This document shows, in pieces, positions 62,187 through 64,000 of a stretch of 64,000 bases of DNA. This stretch comes from Bacillales bacterium (GTDB taxonomy: Bacteria > Bacillota > Bacilli > Bacillales > JAVBJX01). A model generated the notes under the pieces. The model made no database searches. It saw only the letters and a program-made list of their open reading frames with translations, and was not told the origin of the DNA. Both the position numbers and the translations under genes were made by a program. The stretch lies in the NCBI GenBank assembly GCA_031546705.1, contig JAVBJX010000005.1:20992-84991 (forward strand), read 5' to 3'. Positions within the stretch are counted from its first letter, which is position 1, and every line of letters starts with the position of its first letter.

Positions 62187-64000
62187 TTAGTGTGTATTTG
62201 GAATTGGATTAGTTGGATCCACTTCTGGAATTATTGGAACAGTTGGATCTGGTTCTGGTTCTGGTTCTGGTTCTTTACCTGGATCATCTGGTTCTGGCTT
62301 AGTTGGAACTACTGGTATTTCCTCTATTTTTTTCACATTGTTAGATGGAGATGACTCTCTTCCTGCAATGTCAACAGCTACAACATAATAAGTACCAGTC
62401 TTTATGGTATAAGAAAATGATGCATTGGTTTGAATGCTTGTTACTAAACTAAAGGAACTTTTTTCATCACTCGCACGATATACTCGGTAACCAATGACAT
62501 CAGAATCAGTAGATGCTGACCATTGAATCGTGTTATTTGATTGTCTGAGTATAAGCGAGCCTGGTTTTTTTCCGTTCTCTTTTAATTCTTTTACGCTAGA
62601 GAATGAGCCGTTTACGAACTGTTTGTCTTTACCAATTTTTAATTGAGACATATCATCTAGGTTTTTGATATTAAGAAATTCTAGCAAGTCATTGCTAATG
62701 CCAATTCCTCCAGACCCACTTGTATGGACAAACTCTCTTGGTGTTTGTTCAAGTGGTGCGTATTTTTCTCCGTGTGCAAGGACATAGCTGCTTGAACCAC
62801 CGCTTGTTAAGAAAGTATCGACTTTTTTTGGTGTGTATTTAGAATTATAAATATCACTAGTTACTAGTCCAGCAGCACTACAGGCATCTGATGGTCTTAA
62901 ACCAGAAACCATACAATAAGAACGGTGAACAATATTTCCAGGCATTTCAAATCGTTTTTTTGGTCCAATAAGTTTTGGATCAATAGTATAGCTAGCATTG
63001 ATTAATTTTGCCCAAAACATTTGTGTTCGTTGGCTGTAGGTATATCCTTTATAATCTCTAATTTTTGCTGGTGTATCGTAACCAAACCAAACGCCAAAAG
63101 TGACACTTGGGTTAGTGGCAACGAACCATGCATCTTTTTGGTCTTGACTCGTTCCTGATTTTCCAGCCCAATCTGCAGAAAAGTCTAATTTACGTTTGGC
63201 TGTTCCTCCTGTTCCTTGTGTGAGAACACCTCGCATGACATCAACTGCTAAATAGTTCGTTTGTGGAGAGAAAACAGGTATTGCTGTAGTTTTGTGTTGA
63301 TAAATAGTAGTACCATCATTGGCAACAATTTTATCAATTAAATAAGCATCAATAAATTTTCCACCGTTTCCAAATGTAGTATAGGCATTTATATTTTCTT
63401 CAATAGTCACACCATGTGTTGCTCCGCCAAGTGAAAGGGAAACATTTTCTGATTCATTGTCATCAATGCTTGTAATTCCCATTTTTCTAAGAAAGGAAAT
63501 GGGATGTTTATCCATAATGTCCATGTATGCACGTACAGTGGAGACATTGTATGATTTTTGTAACGAAACACGGGCTGAAACAAGTCCATGATAACTTCTA
63601 TCAAAGTTTTTTGGACGATATACTTGACCGCCAGCTCGAATGGCTAAATCAACATCTGCTAAAACAGTTCCTGGCTGTATTTTCCCAAGTTCCATTCCGG
63701 GAGCATAGACAAGCAGTGGTTTCATTGTTGATCCGTTGGAACGGTAGGCTTGTGTCGCATGATTTAAATTTTCTCTTGTATAATTACGTCCACCAACAAA
63801 ACTAATAATCTTCCCTGTTTGGTTTTCAATGAGTATTGCGGCTGCTTCTAGCGGTTTTTTTACAGAAACCATTTTTTTCGTATCAGGGTCTTTTACTGTC
63901 GCCGTAACGTCTTGTCCATAATATGGAAATTTCTTTACTTCTTCTTGCATTTTATCGTAAATCTTCTTGTTGATTGTTGTATAAATTTTATAACCATTTT
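62187..64000 (-). CDS. Class A penicillin-binding protein (transpeptidase plus Fn3-like domain plus Pro/Glu-rich tail); 5' end outside the window
   Basis: The reading frame stays open upstream of the listed Met to the window edge (..GYKIYTTINKKIYDKMQEE..). Transpeptidase motifs STMK, SYN and KSGTS. C-terminal Fn3-like segment and PEPEPEPDP tail. Confidence 0.85.
   Translation of the reverse strand, partial: NGYKIYTTINKKIYDKMQEEVKKFPYYGQDVTATVKDPDTKKMVSVKKPLEAAAILIENQTGKIISFVGGRNYTRENLNHATQAYRSNGSTMKPLLVYAPGMELGKIQPGTVLADVDLAIRAGGQVYRPKNFDRSYHGLVSARVSLQKSYNVSTVRAYMDIMDKHPISFLRKMGITSIDDNESENVSLSLGGATHGVTIEENINAYTTFGNGGKFIDAYLIDKIVANDGTTIYQHKTTAIPVFSPQTNYLAVDVMRGVLTQGTGGTAKRKLDFSADWAGKSGTSQDQKDAWFVATNPSVTFGVWFGYDTPAKIRDYKGYTYSQRTQMFWAKLINASYTIDPKLIGPKKRFEMPGNIVHRSYCMVSGLRPSDACSAAGLVTSDIYNSKYTPKKVDTFLTSGGSSSYVLAHGEKYAPLEQTPREFVHTSGSGGIGISNDLLEFLNIKNLDDMSQLKIGKDKQFVNGSFSSVKELKENGKKPGSLILRQSNNTIQWSASTDSDVIGYRVYRASDEKSSFSLVTSIQTNASFSYTIKTGTYYVVAVDIAGRESSPSNNVKKIEEIPVVPTKPEPDDPGKEPEPEPEPDPTVPIIPEVDPTNPIPNTH

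Noticed and set aside
1-64000. Looked for rRNA, tRNA, CRISPR arrays, prophage/integrase genes, restriction-modification or other recognisable defence genes, and large riboswitches in the spacers longer than 200 nt.
   Set aside because: I saw no T-loop or cloverleaf signatures, no regular repeat-spacer arrays, and no integrase, recombinase, terminase, helicase or nuclease motifs. A covariance-model scan (Infernal/Rfam, tRNAscan) would be needed to exclude small RNAs formally.

Overview
AT-rich Bacillaceae-type chromosomal segment with about 65 protein-coding genes and no rRNA, tRNA or CRISPR detected. Two backbone stretches are syntenic with Bacillus subtilis. One is bmrCD(yheIH)/yhgD-yhgE/SASP/yheA. 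The other is ytxG-ytxH/aroA-ccpA/acuCBA/acsA, ending in a class A PBP truncated by the window edge. Accessory modules sit between them:
- a DUF1700/DUF4097 triplet, an RND exporter and an SdpR/SdpI-like pair
- an agr-like quorum-sensing locus in the order agrA-agrC-agrB, followed by an agrD-like 53-codon ORF that is missing from the ORF track
- a small secreted Cys-containing protein, an M28 lipoprotein peptidase, an IS remnant and a decayed lipoprotein gene
- an acyl-CoA ligase/ACAD/split MaoC hydratase/SDR cluster
- a Bce-type peptide-antibiotic resistance module
- a compositionally distinct four-gene His-Asp-His-Asp phosphorelay island (Cache-HPt protein, pseudo-HPt/REC, divergent DAGK-like lipid kinase, multi-TM hybrid kinase) with no DNA-binding output. 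This is my top candidate for an undescribed system.

Other points are a complex leader upstream of bmrCD (two sORFs and three terminator hairpins), a dispersed hairpin-plus-box intergenic repeat family, tandemly duplicated M29 aminopeptidase genes, and an FtsA-like ATPase fused to repeated beta-grasp-like modules.

All domain calls come from motif recognition by eye. No database search was run. Coordinates of non-ORF features may be off by 1-2 nt.
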